Shown: positions 1 to 11,827 of the stretch, in pieces | Layout: each line of letters opens with the position of its first letter | Position numbering within the stretch: the first letter of the stretch is position 1 | NCBI GenBank assembly: GCA_032718475.1 | Contig: JAUCBJ010004427.1 | Coordinates: 1-64,000 of the forward strand | DNA: 64,000 nucleotides | DNA from: Nemertoderma westbladi | Lineage: Eukaryota; Animalia; Xenacoelomorpha | Direction: 5' to 3' | The notes under the pieces: generated by a model | Databases searched by the model: none | The model's input: the letters and a program-made list of their open reading frames with translations, nothing else | Told to the model about the DNA's origin: nothing | Translations under genes and position numbers: made by a program

Positions 1-76
1 TCGAATGGGGGGGGAACACCGTTTTCGCAGTAACTACGCGTCCAGTATGTAGACTGCGTCCTTTAGAGGGGCGGCG
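1..76. repeat. Tail of a ~2.97-kb tandem repeat unit, interrupted by the EnSpm element
   Basis: Matches ~18844-18918 and ~21809-21886 almost exactly (tcgaatggggg...ctttagaggggcggcg). The unit resumes at 15953. Confidence 0.9.
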
Positions 77-574
77 CCCGGTTCAGAAAACTTTAAAAAC
101 TTAACAAAATTTAGCAAATAGTTGGAGGTTCTACTTTCTAAGAACCTGCCAAAACTTAACAAGTGTGCGAAATTGTTATCATGTGCGTTTCAAATTTAGC
201 AAATGTTAGCAAGTTTTTATCAAATTTGTAATTCAGCTGTCATGTGCTATTTAAATCTATAAGATATTTCAAATTACGTATCGCGTGCTTTTCAAATTAA
301 TCATAATGTTATAATGTTTTTATTAAATTTTCATTCACGTGCTTTACAAATCTCTCTAAATTATACGCGGTCGTTGCAGCACCGCCCCCCCCCCCCCCCC
401 GACCCCCCTCCCCACCCAGGGGACTGCCACGGCCCCAACCAGGCACCCCTCATCACCCTACACCCCCGCCCCCCACCCCGGGTCGCTGTACCCACTCCCC
501 CCACTCAGGGCGCAAAAATTGAATATTATTATCTAAAATCTACAAAAATTGAATATTATTATCTAAAACATAGG

Positions 575-2977
575 TTAATCATGCTCAAAGTTATTAATGC
601 ACGGAACAGCAAAAAACTTTCCACCAAACTGTATTCCAATGAAGAAGTTAATTAACTCTGAAACTTCAATAATACGTTTACAAGCGCCAGAAAGCAAAAA
701 TACATGCGCATTATTAATAAGACACAACTTAATGCTATTTGGAACCGATGATATGTCCATCTTATCAACAAAAGAAACTTTGTTAAATAATGAAGTAAGA
801 CAACACATTTTTCCACTTTTACACAATATTATATGTTCAATCTTCAAAAATATCAACATACCATCATCGCTCTTTATAAATGCATAATAGTTAGCAGACT
901 TACGTTTACGAGGGTAACTAAATGAATGAAAAATAAGACTTTTGACATATACGCGGTAAGCAACCCCTTCAATATTATCTAAATTGATATTATAATCATC
1001 AAATACAGAAGACGGTAACACGACTGGAGATACAACTGATCCAACAATTTTGATTGAATTAGTAGGCGATATGGATCGCAATTTAAAGTCTGACTTAAGG
1101 CGAAAAAAACGTTTTATAATAGTAGCAGCCTCGTTTCTGGTACCCGAAACCAAACACTTTAAATGGTAAAAGGCACTCTCAAATGTAGCAGCCGACGAGA
1201 ACTGCAAGGAACCAAACATCTCAACTTGTCTAGGCAAATGCGATAAAATGTGCAAAGACAGTGTTTGGGATGCCGCCCCAAATAGTTCAGCAATGTTCTT
1301 ACGTATGAAAGTGATTAGATAATCGGAATCTTTTATATTATCTTGACTAACTTGATCGTTTAACAATAAATGAAGAACAGTAGAGAAGCATACCACTAAA
1401 ATAGTCAAATTTGTATCCACCTCTGTTAAATAAAATGAACAAATTGCAAAATATAGAAAAAAATTGCGAAATTCTGTAGCTTTCCAGTAACGTAAAACGT
1501 CTAAGGATCGGGGCTTTCTAGTAAAGCAAGTTGGTAACTTGAGATTTTCAAGGAGAGGTGAAATCTCTTTCGAAGTAATAAAGTTTTTGCTTATAAAAAA
1601 AGTGAGTAATGTTTTACCAATGCCCAAGTAAAGGAGGTGCATCGGATCAAAGGGAGAGGCCAATGGTAGATCGATGACATCCATCAAAGGGCTGTAACCT
1701 TTCACTCCTTGCTGTGGCTTTCCAGATTCTGCTGCTTTAAAACACAACATTGTGTGGGAATCAGCACTACGTAATTCAGGTATGGAACTATCATCATATG
1801 GAAATATCATCTTATGATAAGTTTTATCATAAACTCCCATAATAAAGCACCAGGGGCATCCATAATAAGCATTATGATGCTGAATGTTTAATGCATCCGC
1901 CTTAGCTGGCAAATCGGCTACAAATGTTACCACTTTAAGTATAACAGTTACATTATTGTACTGTAAAACAAAGTTACGAATATTATCTGAAGCCAACTTA
2001 CATAAATGCGATACATTCGGTTTATCTCTACCGTGAAACATACTGATTAATAAAAGATTTTCAAATTTCCTACGTAATTGGACAGGGATATTAAAAACAC
2101 ATGCCATAACAGGCCACAGACATAAACCTTTGGATTTATAAACAGGAACAACTCCGTCAGTATTGAGACCAAGATATAAATATCTTACGCCATCCTCTAA
2201 TGGGATGGGAAACTTAGAAAAAAATCCAGTATGAACATCCGAATAAATTTTACACATATTGGAGTCATTGTGAGGAACTTTATTAGAACTGTCAAAATTA
2301 AATACATTTGGATGTAGCTTTAGTAAATGAGTAATTTGTTTACATAAATCTAAAGTGAAGTACGTATTACAGCCACTCTTATCATTACTAATACTTGTGG
2401 ATATGTTGCAACAGTCTGATAGGTCTTCTTCGTCATCATTCAGGTTACAGAAACCAGGGGTACGGTTGGGGATAGGTAAAACTTCAGCTATAAATTCTAA
2501 AATGTGTTTAGCTGCAAAATCAGATAAGTGGTGATCATTAACTAAGTTCAAAAATTTATTCTTAAAATCAGCGACAGTTAGTTGAGAGCCAGTGTATAAA
2601 TAGTTATCAGTGAAAGAGGTATCACTATCGTCAAACAAACTTTCCCCAGACGTAAAGCTAATATTAGGCGAATCAAAAGGAATCGGGGATGAAGATATTT
2701 GCCTGTTTATCCGAGAAAAGTGCAATGATTCAGAAAATCGACTATAGTTTTCAACGTTTGTAGAATTAAAGTTTACAAGTTCATTGCAGCCACCACTACC
2801 TTCTTCTATATGTAAGTCTTCTGGTATATCACACATTTCACTGCTCGAGGACAGAAATGATGACGAAGAGGAATTACCAGGATTTACAATCCGTTTCGAT
2901 TTATAGACGGGGTATGTTGCGCATGAAATTACACCAACACGCTTCTTGCGCTGGTAGCGTCTTTTCCTACCACTCAT
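575..2977 (-). CDS. EnSpm/CACTA-type DDE transposase, 800 aa
   Basis: Uninterrupted ORF with family motifs LNTDG, LWPV, ADLPAKA, HNAYYGCPWC, GVKG, DPMHLLYLG, WKATEFRNF, H..SHLP.QV..FG.L, FES. Confidence 0.92.
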   Translation of the reverse strand: MSGRKRRYQRKKRVGVISCATYPVYKSKRIVNPGNSSSSSFLSSSSEMCDIPEDLHIEEGSGGCNELVNFNSTNVENYSRFSESLHFSRINRQISSSPIPFDSPNISFTSGESLFDDSDTSFTDNYLYTGSQLTVADFKNKFLNLVNDHHLSDFAAKHILEFIAEVLPIPNRTPGFCNLNDDEEDLSDCCNISTSISNDKSGCNTYFTLDLCKQITHLLKLHPNVFNFDSSNKVPHNDSNMCKIYSDVHTGFFSKFPIPLEDGVRYLYLGLNTDGVVPVYKSKGLCLWPVMACVFNIPVQLRRKFENLLLISMFHGRDKPNVSHLCKLASDNIRNFVLQYNNVTVILKVVTFVADLPAKADALNIQHHNAYYGCPWCFIMGVYDKTYHKMIFPYDDSSIPELRSADSHTMLCFKAAESGKPQQGVKGYSPLMDVIDLPLASPFDPMHLLYLGIGKTLLTFFISKNFITSKEISPLLENLKLPTCFTRKPRSLDVLRYWKATEFRNFFLYFAICSFYLTEVDTNLTILVVCFSTVLHLLLNDQVSQDNIKDSDYLITFIRKNIAELFGAASQTLSLHILSHLPRQVEMFGSLQFSSAATFESAFYHLKCLVSGTRNEAATIIKRFFRLKSDFKLRSISPTNSIKIVGSVVSPVVLPSSVFDDYNINLDNIEGVAYRVYVKSLIFHSFSYPRKRKSANYYAFIKSDDGMLIFLKIEHIILCKSGKMCCLTSLFNKVSFVDKMDISSVPNSIKLCLINNAHVFLLSGACKRIIEVSELINFFIGIQFGGKFFAVPCINNFEHD

Positions 2978-3054
2978 TGCATAGAATACTCATAAAATAT
3001 AGTTTATACACGCTATAACAACAAATAGTCTATGCCGCTATTATAGTATAGGCA

Positions 3055-3445
3055 AATTTTGAAAAAAGATTCCGATGGTTTTTTTTTAATTAACATTAAA
3101 TAACCAATTATTATTTGTCACAAATGTATATTTCGTTAGAAACAATTGTTTTTGTGACAATTAAAAACTATTGGTTATTACATTGATTGAAATAATATTG
3201 TGTTTTTAATAAATAAAACTAACTATTAGTTATATATATTTTTAAATGTATAAATACAATTTGCATTTTTATAGTTACCTTTACAATTGATTATTTCAAT
3301 TTGCAAATCGGTTTTAAATATAAGTTTTTAGCACATTTAACGACCAAAACAGCCGATTTTGGTTAATAACCAACAATGAAAAATTTAACTCTTGCAAAAA
3401 CCGGTTGGTTTTAATGAATAACCATAAGAAACTTTTTTCAGAGTA
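3055..3445. mobile_element. Degenerate MITE-like inverted-repeat element (approximate ends)
   Basis: tgaaaaaagattccgatggtt (3060-3080) is an imperfect inverted match to aaccataagaaacttttttca (3420-3440), with internal TAACC/TTGGTT repeats. TSD not resolved. Confidence 0.4.
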
Positions 3446-3648
3446 GTTATTATATATTGTACAATTATGAATACCTGTATATTAGAAACCTAGTGTGTAT
3501 AAAATATGCATAGTTGGTATGCAACAGCCTGAGTGAGTCATGTGGTGTAATGGAACAGACTGAAAGAGTTAAGATGATACAGTGAAAGTCATGGAACAGT
3601 CTGACTGAGTCAGTGGGACATGGCCAAACCAGTCAATAAACATATCAT

Positions 3649-4845
3649 TCAATCTTCATGTTGCGGCAGTTGCATTCGCAACTGCAGCCGCTTACCATGA
3701 CTGATATCACTCCCTAGCTGGTTGACAGCAACAATAACTGAGCGAATAAGATCATTGTCTACATCTTTCTCTAAATTGAAACGAGAAATCAACGCCCTTT
3801 TAAACAATTCTGCCCGTTCCGGATCCAACTCCGATCGCTTGGAGGCCTTATGCCGCACAGGCAGCAAAATCCCAGAAGCCAACTCGATATCGGTAAATAA
3901 TATGCGGGCAATTACTTGGCCGTAGGCAGATGGTGATAGATTTCGTGCGCCCGCAGCGACTAAATTCTTACCTGCGAAAAACACGGAAGGTTGTTGAAGA
4001 GGGACAGGAGAGGACGCTTCACTTCCATCACTCGCTGCCTTGGACGCCTTAATAAATTTAACCACAGCTCGGCTCATCTCACATACACGCTTATTGTGTT
4101 TTTCCTGAATCCGTACTAACGACTTGATAACCTTCGTATTTTTTTTCAGTGCTTTCACGATAGCACGGTTACTGCTGACGTTTGATTCATTGTCGTCTCC
4201 AGATTCATCGACATCATCAGACAACACAGCATTATCATCATGGCTTTGCATTAAAGGGTGGGGTGAATTGGAACTTGGGATTATCATGTCAATAGCATCC
4301 ATGTTATTGTTGGTCCCAATGTCGAGAGTGTTTAATGGGGTCAGATATTGTAGAGGGTCAGCTAGACATAATTCGCGTTGCGGAGCAGTCGGGGTACTAA
4401 CATCCCTCCTACTTTCGTTGAGGAATTCATAGCTACTATCGATAGCTATCGATCGATTCTGCACTTCTACTTGAAACCGTCTCTCTTTATCTCTAATTTC
4501 CTGCTCGGAGTACGAGTGACACACGTAAACTGCATTAATCACACCCATAGGGCTATTGTCCTTCAACTTGATAATTGCTCCTTTGCGTAACGTTTCCACA
4601 TTGAGGTCTTTTGGTAACAAGGTAGAGTTACTTGTGATTGTCGTGTACCTCCTTTCATCGGGAAAATGCAACAGCAGAAAGTAATTTTTGCTGACCGTAG
4701 CAAAATACTGATCATTTGATACCGTATTACGATCACGGCGGGGTCTATCTGCAACGGTTGCTAAACTAGCAACCGCAACACCAACAGGCATTCCACTGCA
4801 TCTTGATAATTCCTTTGAATATTCCATGGCCTGACCAGTGACCAT
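3649..4845 (-). CDS. Transposon accessory protein with acidic linker, coiled coil and C-terminal BEN-like DNA-binding domain, 398 aa
   Basis: The C-terminus YGQVIARILFTDIELAS...KRSELDPERAELFKRALISRF...IVAVNQ fits the BEN pattern (LF..EL...LDP). Same strand as, and upstream of, the transposase. Confidence 0.7.
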   Translation of the reverse strand: MVTGQAMEYSKELSRCSGMPVGVAVASLATVADRPRRDRNTVSNDQYFATVSKNYFLLLHFPDERRYTTITSNSTLLPKDLNVETLRKGAIIKLKDNSPMGVINAVYVCHSYSEQEIRDKERRFQVEVQNRSIAIDSSYEFLNESRRDVSTPTAPQRELCLADPLQYLTPLNTLDIGTNNNMDAIDMIIPSSNSPHPLMQSHDDNAVLSDDVDESGDDNESNVSSNRAIVKALKKNTKVIKSLVRIQEKHNKRVCEMSRAVVKFIKASKAASDGSEASSPVPLQQPSVFFAGKNLVAAGARNLSPSAYGQVIARILFTDIELASGILLPVRHKASKRSELDPERAELFKRALISRFNLEKDVDNDLIRSVIVAVNQLGSDISHGKRLQLRMQLPQHED

Positions 4846-6471
4846 TTATTTCTATAGGGTACATACATAAATTAGAAGAAGACCTATAATACCGACACCG
4901 TGACACCGACCCGACACATACACATAGATAAATCAGCAATAGCCTACGGGTCATTCCATACTAATTCGACCAATCGGTGTGGCAAGGGTCGGAAATTTTT
5001 GACGAAATTTTAACCACTTATCAATTCTAGTGAAAAAACGATGTGGTGAAAATTTCAGCCGATTTGGTTTAGCCGTTCTCGAAATATTGATGTTTTAAAT
5101 TTGGCGAAATTCCAAAAACCAGTGAAGTACATTATTTGAAGTGGTGTCTGCAGTTGATCTGATTATCAGTTTAATGTTAATTGTATGTGATTCTAAATAA
5201 ACGATGCCTGAACTTCAATATTTTTATTACTAAATGAATAAACTATTAATCAGAAAGTTGTCAGACGATTTCAAAGTTGCCTCAACAATGTGAATTTTTG
5301 AAAAATGGCCACATTTGAGACCTCAGTACATTAGTCTGACAACTAGTTTATCTGTTATTTTAGTTTTCCAGGTTAGAGTGACTCATAATGATTCGAATTA
5401 TATAACTGTAGTAGGTCAGATAGTCTGTATGACTGAATATCTGGGTGAAGAATCTGAAAAATGTCAAAAAATGCAATATTGGAGGCTCTGGTGGAGAGCT
5501 CTGATTATAGCTATGTTCATGAGCTTTTTTACCTGACATCATTGACACAAAATAAGCACCATGTCAAAATTTGAAGAGTAAACTAGATGTTCTAGAGTGT
5601 GTATGACTCATTTTAAAATTCTAATAAATTAAAATTTTAAATGGTCCTCAAGGTGGTCTGACAATTAGTTTTTTGATAAAAATACATTTTTTCAAACGAT
5701 ATCCGGGCAGAAGACTATGTTTCAAAATTTAAAGCAAAAACTAACAGTCAGACCCATTATCTGACCTACTATTGAATTATTTCAAGTAAGTATCTGATCA
5801 CATGCTGCTCAAATTCTCGCTTGCTCGATATAAATCGATTTTATCCAACTACTATTACTAGGGTTCAACAGAAGGCACTTTATGGGGCCGAACCGAACCG
5901 AACCGAAGCAGGGCCAACTTCTGGCCGAACCGAACCGAATCCGAACCGAAGTTCAGAAAGTTAGCAAGTTATGGTCATAAAATCGTATTTACGTCACTAT
6001 ACTGGCTGACTGGCAGTGGCAGACTGGTACCTATTTGGTCTGCGGACTTAGCAAGAAAGCTATGATTAATTAAAAAAATAAGTACTACAAAATAAAATGG
6101 CAATATTTACATTACTGTACATTACTAACCTAAACTACTGTGTACTTACTGTACTGCTGTATGCACCACATTATCACCGGTAGTAAGCCGTACAGTAGTG
6201 ACATCAAATTTAGAAAACCTCACTAAAAGTACAGGTAGTCTTTGTAATACTATTTATATGAGGTAGTAGGTATATTTGGTATTATGTATCAAAGTTATGA
6301 TTAATTAAAAAATAGGTACTACAATAAAATGGCAATGTTTAGCCTAACCTAAACTACCAGACTACTGTATAATTAAGCTAATTTTTAAACTACCCAAGTA
6401 AACTGGAAACAATTAAAAAAGTAATGCCATTTAAATGGAAGTTCAGTCCAAAATTAAGGATGTAAACGTTA

Positions 6472-6934
6472 AGCAGACAGTGGTGCAGACACCTGGTGCG
6501 GACAGTGGTGCAGACACTGGTGCAGACGGTGGTGCAGCGTGCAGACAGAGGTGCAGACACTGGTGCAGACAGTGGTGCAGACACTGGTGCAGAGTGCAGA
6601 CAGTGGTGCAGACACTGACTGACTGGTGCAGGCAGACAGTGGCTCAGACAGTGGTGCAGCGTGCAGACACTGGTGCAGAGAGTGGTGCAGACACTGGCAA
6701 CTGGTGCAGACAGTGGTGCAGACACTCTGGTGCAGACAGTGGTGCAGACAGTGATGCAGACACTGGTGCAGACAATGGTGCAGACAGTGGTTCAGACAGT
6801 GGTGCAGAAAGTGGTGCAGACACTGGTGCAGGCAGTGGTGCACACTGGTGCAGACACTGGTGCAGACAGTGATGCAGACACCTGGTGCGGACAGTGGTGC
6901 AGACAGTGGTGCAGAAAGTGGTGCAGACACCTGG
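6472..6934 (+). repeat. 12-bp minisatellite (GTGGTGCAGACA)n, left arm
   Basis: Direct reading of tandem units with CTGG/GTGG variants. Confidence 0.95.
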
Positions 6935-7594
6935 TGAAAATACTGAAATACCAGAGTACCACAAAACACAATACCACCAGGCACTATTATATTATATTTT
7001 ATCATAAAATTTATTATCTACAAATACTGAAATATGCGAGTAACTACTGAAAGGTTCTACATGAAGTAGGGAGGACGTATGTAGTACATGAGGGGCTGAG
7101 GGGTGCGTGGGGGTGAATGTGCCCTAATTAAAAATAATTATAAGTGGTGTGTACCGTACGAAAGTAATTAATCGGTATTCCCGTTTTCATATAAACAATA
7201 ATGTCTATAAATTGTAAGCAGCAATGTCTCCAAGGAATAAGGTTTAAGCGACAGTGTTTGATTGTTTATACATGACCTACCTTATACAGAGTATGTTTAA
7301 TTTGTTTACCTTTACTGGAGCCACTATGCTTATTACTGTATAATAAAACGAGCTCATTAAGTTATTGTCTCATGCTGGGGATATACATTCACTGTAAGGT
7401 TTCACAGTCTCACAGGTCTACAGTAAGGTCTCAGGAATTCTTAGCCCGCGAGTATTCTTAGCCTGCGAGTATTATTGGCCCTTGGGTATTCTTAGCCCGC
7501 ATAACAATAACGTTTATTGTTTTGGTTCCCCCAATACTCCTCAGAAACCTGCTCCTTTACTAAACTGCTCCTTTACTAACCTGCTCGCCCCTTT

Positions 7595-8188
7595 ACTGTC
7601 TGCAACAGTGTCTGCACCACTGTCTGCACTAGTGTCTGCACCACTGTCTGCACCACTGTCTGCACCAGTGTCTGCACCACTGTCTACACCACTGCCTGCA
7701 CCAGTGTCTGCACCACTGTCTGCACCAGGTGTCTGCACCACTGTCTGCACCACTGTCTGTACCAGTGTCTGCACCACTGTCTGCACCAGTGTCTGCACTA
7801 CTGTCTGCACCAGTGTCTGCACCACTGTCTGCACCACTGTCTGCACCAATGTCTGCACCACTGTCTGCACCAGTGTCTGCACCACTGTCTGCACCACTGG
7901 CTGCACCACTGTCTGCACCTCTGTCTGCACAAGTGTCTGCACCACTGTCTGCACCACTGTCTGCACCACTGTCTGCACCAGGTGTCTGCACGACTGTCTG
8001 CACCAGGTGTCTGCACCAGTGTCTGCACCACTGTCTGCACCAGTGTCTGCACCACTGTCTGCACCAATGTCTGCACAGCTGTCTGCACCACTGTCTGCAC
8101 CACTGTCTGCACCAGGTGTCTGCACCACTGACTGCATCACTGTCTGCACCACTGTCTGCACCACTGTCTGCTCTGCACCAGTGTCTGC
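7595..8188 (-). repeat. 12-bp minisatellite (TGTCTGCACCAC)n, right arm, inverted relative to 6472-6934
   Basis: Direct reading; reverse complement of the left-arm unit. Confidence 0.95.
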
Positions 8189-9169
8189 TTAACGTTTACA
8201 CCCCAAAATTAATTAGTACAACGATGGACAGATTGATTAGTCTTACTGTCTTCTGGTCTTAGCTCAATCAGTCAATGTAATACTTGGCAGCTTGGAATAT
8301 TTAGCAAAGTTTGCTCCGGGCTTCTGCAGTATCAATTGCAGAAGCCGAACCGAACCGAAATTGCCAAACTTCGGCCCGAACCGAACCGAAGCCGAAGCTT
8401 CTGTTGAGCCCTAACTATTACAATATAACAGTATAACAATACGTTTAAATTCGAATTATAAATCAAAACAGCCAGACAAACAAAATATAATTAGTTTTTG
8501 ATGTTAAGTAATAGTAGGTGAAATAATAATTAAAATTAATTAAAAATGCCGCAATACGGCAAGTTTTGGTAAACAGATACATTTTTCAAATGATGTAATA
8601 ATGACAAAAATACTTCGTAATATAAAACAACAACAGCCAGACACATATATTATTAGTTCGGATTAGTATAAGAAATTAATTAGGCCCCTAGTATAAAAAT
8701 CACAGCTGCTCATTGGCCCAGAGCCGAATGCCTGTATGACGAGGCCTACTCTACTATGCTAAGTTAAGTGGGGCATCACAATAAAAAAATATTAAATTCG
8801 AATAGTACAGTACATATAAATTTATCCGAACAGTATAAGGCCTTAATGAACTATACAATTGTCTAGTGTGACCTTCATTTATGAACTGATCAACAGTACT
8901 GGTATATAAATTTTGGTCGGTTATTGCACAACAATACTGATAGTTTTTGTAACATGTACATATATTTTTCAATGATATACGGTAATTAATACATAAAAAA
9001 TTACAATTTTCAAAATATAACAATAAAACTAGTTCGGCTTAAGAGTAGTTAAGAAAATTATCACCGTATTATTTACCGTATATCATTGAAAAATATATGT
9101 ACATGTTACAAAAGCTATCAGTATTGTTGTGCAATAACCGACCAAAATTTATATACCAGTACTGTTGAT

Positions 9170-9923
9170 TAGGGCTCGATCGGAGTTGGGATTTGGCCGG
9201 AGCCGGAGCAGGAGCCGGAGTTGGACAATTTGGCCGGAGCCGGAGCAGGAGCCGGAGTTTTTCAAAAATTTAAAAATTTAATTATTTATTTAAAAAAAAA
9301 TAAAGTATGGTTATCGTTCGCCAATCGCTCATAATCAATCATACTGTAGGTCTAATTAATTTCATAATTTATAGATTTACGAATTTTCAATTTAAAATTT
9401 AAGTAATTAATTTATCACGGACAGACGACGCGGCTGACGCTGACGGCTAAAAATTACCTACAGTACCTAACTCACTAACTGTCTAACTGTGGTAGAGGTG
9501 TGTACTGTAGGTAGCCTACCGTACGTGTACCAGTACTGCAGTACAGTATGCTGGCATGACAGCAGTAAATGGCTGCAGTGGTACAGTCTGACAGTGTACA
9601 ATCATAGCATTTACAATTTTTTACAGTAGGGCCTATCTGTAATAGTCTGCTAGTCAGCCAGCTGGCCAGTACCAGTACTGCAGTACAGTCAGTCAGTCAT
9701 TGACTTTAAGTAAATACTGCAGTATTATCAGATTATACTTGATATTGAAGCTGTACTACAGTACTTATAGTGTAAATAATTGTTCAGATTAGAATATGCA
9801 CGAAATATAATACTTTATTAAAAAATTAACTCCGGCAATATTTTTACCGGAGCCGGAGCAGGAGCCGGAGGTGCCAAAATGGCCGGAGCCGGAGCCGGAG
9901 GCCGGAGCTCCGATCGAGCCCTA
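9170..9923. mobile_element. hAT-type MITE
   Basis: Perfect TIR TAGGGCTCGATCGGAG, 8-bp TSD CTGTTGAT (9162-9169, 9924-9931), subterminal GCCGGA repeats. Confidence 0.9.
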
Positions 9924-11827
9924 CTGTTGATCAGTTCATAAATGAAGGTCACACTAGAGAATTGTGTAGTTCATTAAGGCCTTATACTATTTGGATAAAT
10001 TTATATGTACTGTACTATTCGAATTTAATATTTTTTTTATTGTGAAACCCCACTTAAGGTCTCGTCATACGTTAGGTCCCGCCTTGTCATACAGGCATTC
10101 GGCTCTGGGCCAATGAGCAGCTGTGATTTTTATACTAGGGGCCTAATTAATTTCTTATACTAATCCGAACTAATAATATATGTCAGTATGTGTCTGGCTG
10201 TTGTTGTTTTATATTACGAAGTATTTTTGTCATTATTGCATCGTTTGAAAAATGTATCCGTTTACCAAGAAAACTTGCCGTATTGCGGCATTATTAATTA
10301 ATTATAATTATTACTTGGCCTACTATTACTTAACATCAAAAACGAATTATATTATGTTTGTCTGGCTGTTTTGATTTATATTTCGAATTAATGTATCTTA
10401 ATGTAATTATTCTTCTAACTAACTTGTAACTATCTATCTTAATGTAATTATTATATCGAGCGAACGAGAATTCGAGCAGTACGTGATCAGATACTTACTC
10501 GAAATAACTCAATAGTAGGTCAGATAATGGGTCTGACTGTTAGTTTTTGCTTTAAATTTTGAAATATAGTCTTCTGCCCGGATATCGTTTGAAAAAATGT
10601 ATTTTTATCAAAAAACTAATTGTCAGACCACCTTGAGGACCATTTAAAATTTTAATTTATTAGAATTTTAAAATGAGTCCTACACGCTCTAGAACATCTA
10701 GTTTACTCTTCAAATTTTGACATGTCGCTCATTTTGTGTCAAAGATGTCAGGTAAAAAAGCTCAAGAACATAGCTATAATCAGAGCTCTCCACCAGAGCC
10801 TCCAATATTGCATTTTTTGACATTTTTCAGATTCTTCACCCAGATATTCAGTCATACAGACTATCTGATTATCAGTTTACCTACTAAAGTTATATGATTC
10901 AAATCATTATGAGTCACTCTAACCGGGAAAACTAAAATAACAGATAAACTAGTTGTCAGACTAATGTACTGAGGTCTCAAATGTTGACATTTTTCAAAAA
11001 TTCGCATTTTTGAGGCAACTTTGAAATCGTCTGACAACTTTCTGATTAATAGTATATTCATTTAGTAATAAAAATATTGAAGTTCAGGCATCGTTTATTT
11101 AGAATCACATACAATTAACATTAAACTGATAATCAGATCAACTGTAGACACCACTTCAAATAATGTACTTCACTGGTTTTTGGAATTTCGCCAAATTTAA
11201 AACATCAATATTTCGAGAACGGCTAAACCAAATCGGCTGAAATTTTCACCACATCGTTTTTTCACTAGAATTGATAAGTGGTTAAAATTTCGTCAAAAAT
11301 TTCCGACCCTTGCCACACCGATTGGTCGAATTAGCATGGAATGACCCCTACAATAGGGGCCCACCGGTGTAGCAGATAATTTCCGACCCCCTAAAAATTC
11401 ACCCCCGGTTAAAATTACGTATTTTCACCCCCTGGTTAGAATTCACCAGGGTTGGCAACCAATGTTTTTTCTCACCATTGGTTTTTTATGGTTTTTTGGT
11501 TTAACCAACTTTTAAAAAAGGCGAAGAAATTGGTTTTTTAGGGTGACAGACCGAACGTAATCAGGAACGAATGTAACGTATTTTTTACGAAGCGAGCGTA
11601 ACCTCAATTATGTTACATTGGATCCTATAACTATGTTACATTCGATCTACAAATTACTAAGCTCGAATGTGGAATGTAACATACAATTACTTCAGTTGTG
11701 TCTTGATTTTAGGAGTTGAGGAGTTTGAGGGAAAGGAACAGGTTACAGAGGCAGGCTTTTCTAACTAAAACAATAAACGGCCACTTTTGACTTTACCAAT
11801 TGAAGGAGCCCTATCACCTCACCACAT

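Larger units (their letters stand above)
6458..8203. mobile_element. MULE/Mutator-like foldback element with minisatellite arms
   Basis: TIR GG(A/G)TGTAAACGTTAAGCAGACA, 9-bp TSD CAAAATTAA (6449-6457, 8204-8212). Arms are built of a 12-bp repeat in opposite orientations. Confidence 0.8.
5859..8413. mobile_element. Non-autonomous hAT element
   Basis: TIR TAGGG(T/C)TCAACAGAAG, 8-bp TSD ACTATTAC (5851-5858, 8414-8421), subterminal CCGAA repeats at both ends. Confidence 0.88.
4948..11347. mobile_element. Non-autonomous foldback element, Sola2-like by termini and TSD
   Basis: Termini GGGTCATTCCAT...ATGGAATGACCC, 4-bp TSD CTAC (4944-4947, 11348-11351). Inverted arms 4948-~5832 vs ~10452-11347 and ~8450-8985 vs ~9072-10390. 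Superfamily assignment rests only on GRG ends and the 4-bp TSD. Confidence 0.8.

Noticed and set aside
314-655. 113-aa Pro-rich ORF
   Set aside because: Arises from a C-rich low-complexity tract and a 26-bp tandem duplication downstream of the transposase; no domain signal.
6390-8262. Many overlapping repetitive ORFs (SAPL, CTTV, GADS, VQTV) and a CRISPR-like look
   Set aside because: All are translations of a stop-free 12-bp minisatellite; there are no unique spacers and no cas genes, and the context is eukaryotic.
11352-11700. Additional hAT-like ends (CAGGGTTGGCAACC, TAGGGTGACAG)
   Set aside because: No matching opposite TIR or TSD found by eye, so boundaries cannot be supported.
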